The notes beneath the pieces are model-generated. The model was given only the letters and a program-made list of their open reading frames with translations. It made no database searches and was not told the origin of the DNA. From Octopus vulgaris (lineage: Eukaryota), in assembly GCA_951406725.2 (NCBI GenBank), contig OX597828.1:620001-684000 (forward strand): DNA of 64,000 bases. Direction: 5' to 3'. A program made the translations under genes and the position numbers. Below are positions 63,658 through 64,000 of this stretch, in pieces. The stretch's first letter is position 1; the number at the start of each line of letters is the position of its first letter.

Positions 63658-63877
63658 GTGGAGGCGCAATGGCCTAGTGGTTAGGGCAGCGGACTTGCGG
63701 TCGGAGGATCGCGGTTTCGATTCCCAGACCGGGCGTTGTGTGTGTTTATTGAGCGAAAACACCTAAAAGCTCCACGAGGCTCCGGCAGGGATGGTGGTGG
63801 TGATCCCTGCTGTACTCTTTCACCACTCTAAAGGCAGTGCTCCAGCATGGCCGCAGTCAAATGACTGAAACAAGTAC

Positions 63878-63892
<15 letters not shown>
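63658..63892 (+). mobile_element. tRNA-derived SINE with poly(A) tail
   Basis: A box TGGCCTAGTGG, B-box-like GTTTCGATTCC, unrelated body and an A-tail. Confidence 0.8.
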
Positions 63893-63965
<73 letters not shown>

Positions 63966-64000
63966 TATGTATATATATATATATATATATATCATATATA

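Noticed and set aside
63658-63736. tRNA gene
   Set aside because: Continues into a SINE body and A-tail, so it is a SINE head.

Overview
AT-rich, repeat-dense animal genomic DNA; the repeat families and (TA)n/(ATT)n/(CAT)n microsatellite load suggest a coleoid cephalopod such as Octopus (inference). One host gene is recognisable, on the minus strand and mostly missed by the ORF track: BORCS8/MEF2BNB. Four conserved exons (48879-48790, 46460-46348, 45841-45777, 45078-44971) have consistent splice phases. A candidate ATG exon (51111-51054) and two candidate C-terminal-extension exons (34086-33823, 2634-2490) give an 843-nt, 280-aa model. The rest is transposon-derived: Penelope-like elements, RTE LINEs and their tails, mariner/Tc1 copies and MITEs, tandem non-autonomous Helitrons and tRNA-derived SINE clusters. 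The most striking unexplained structure is a set of type I hammerhead-ribozyme motifs in short (TA)n-flanked, often palindromic inserts. One is a 362-nt tandem unit resembling a retrozyme (38108-38782) whose inverted copy begins exactly at the predicted self-cleavage site. Two unrelated families carry the compensatory U3-A8 core. All calls were made by eye; no searches or folding were run.
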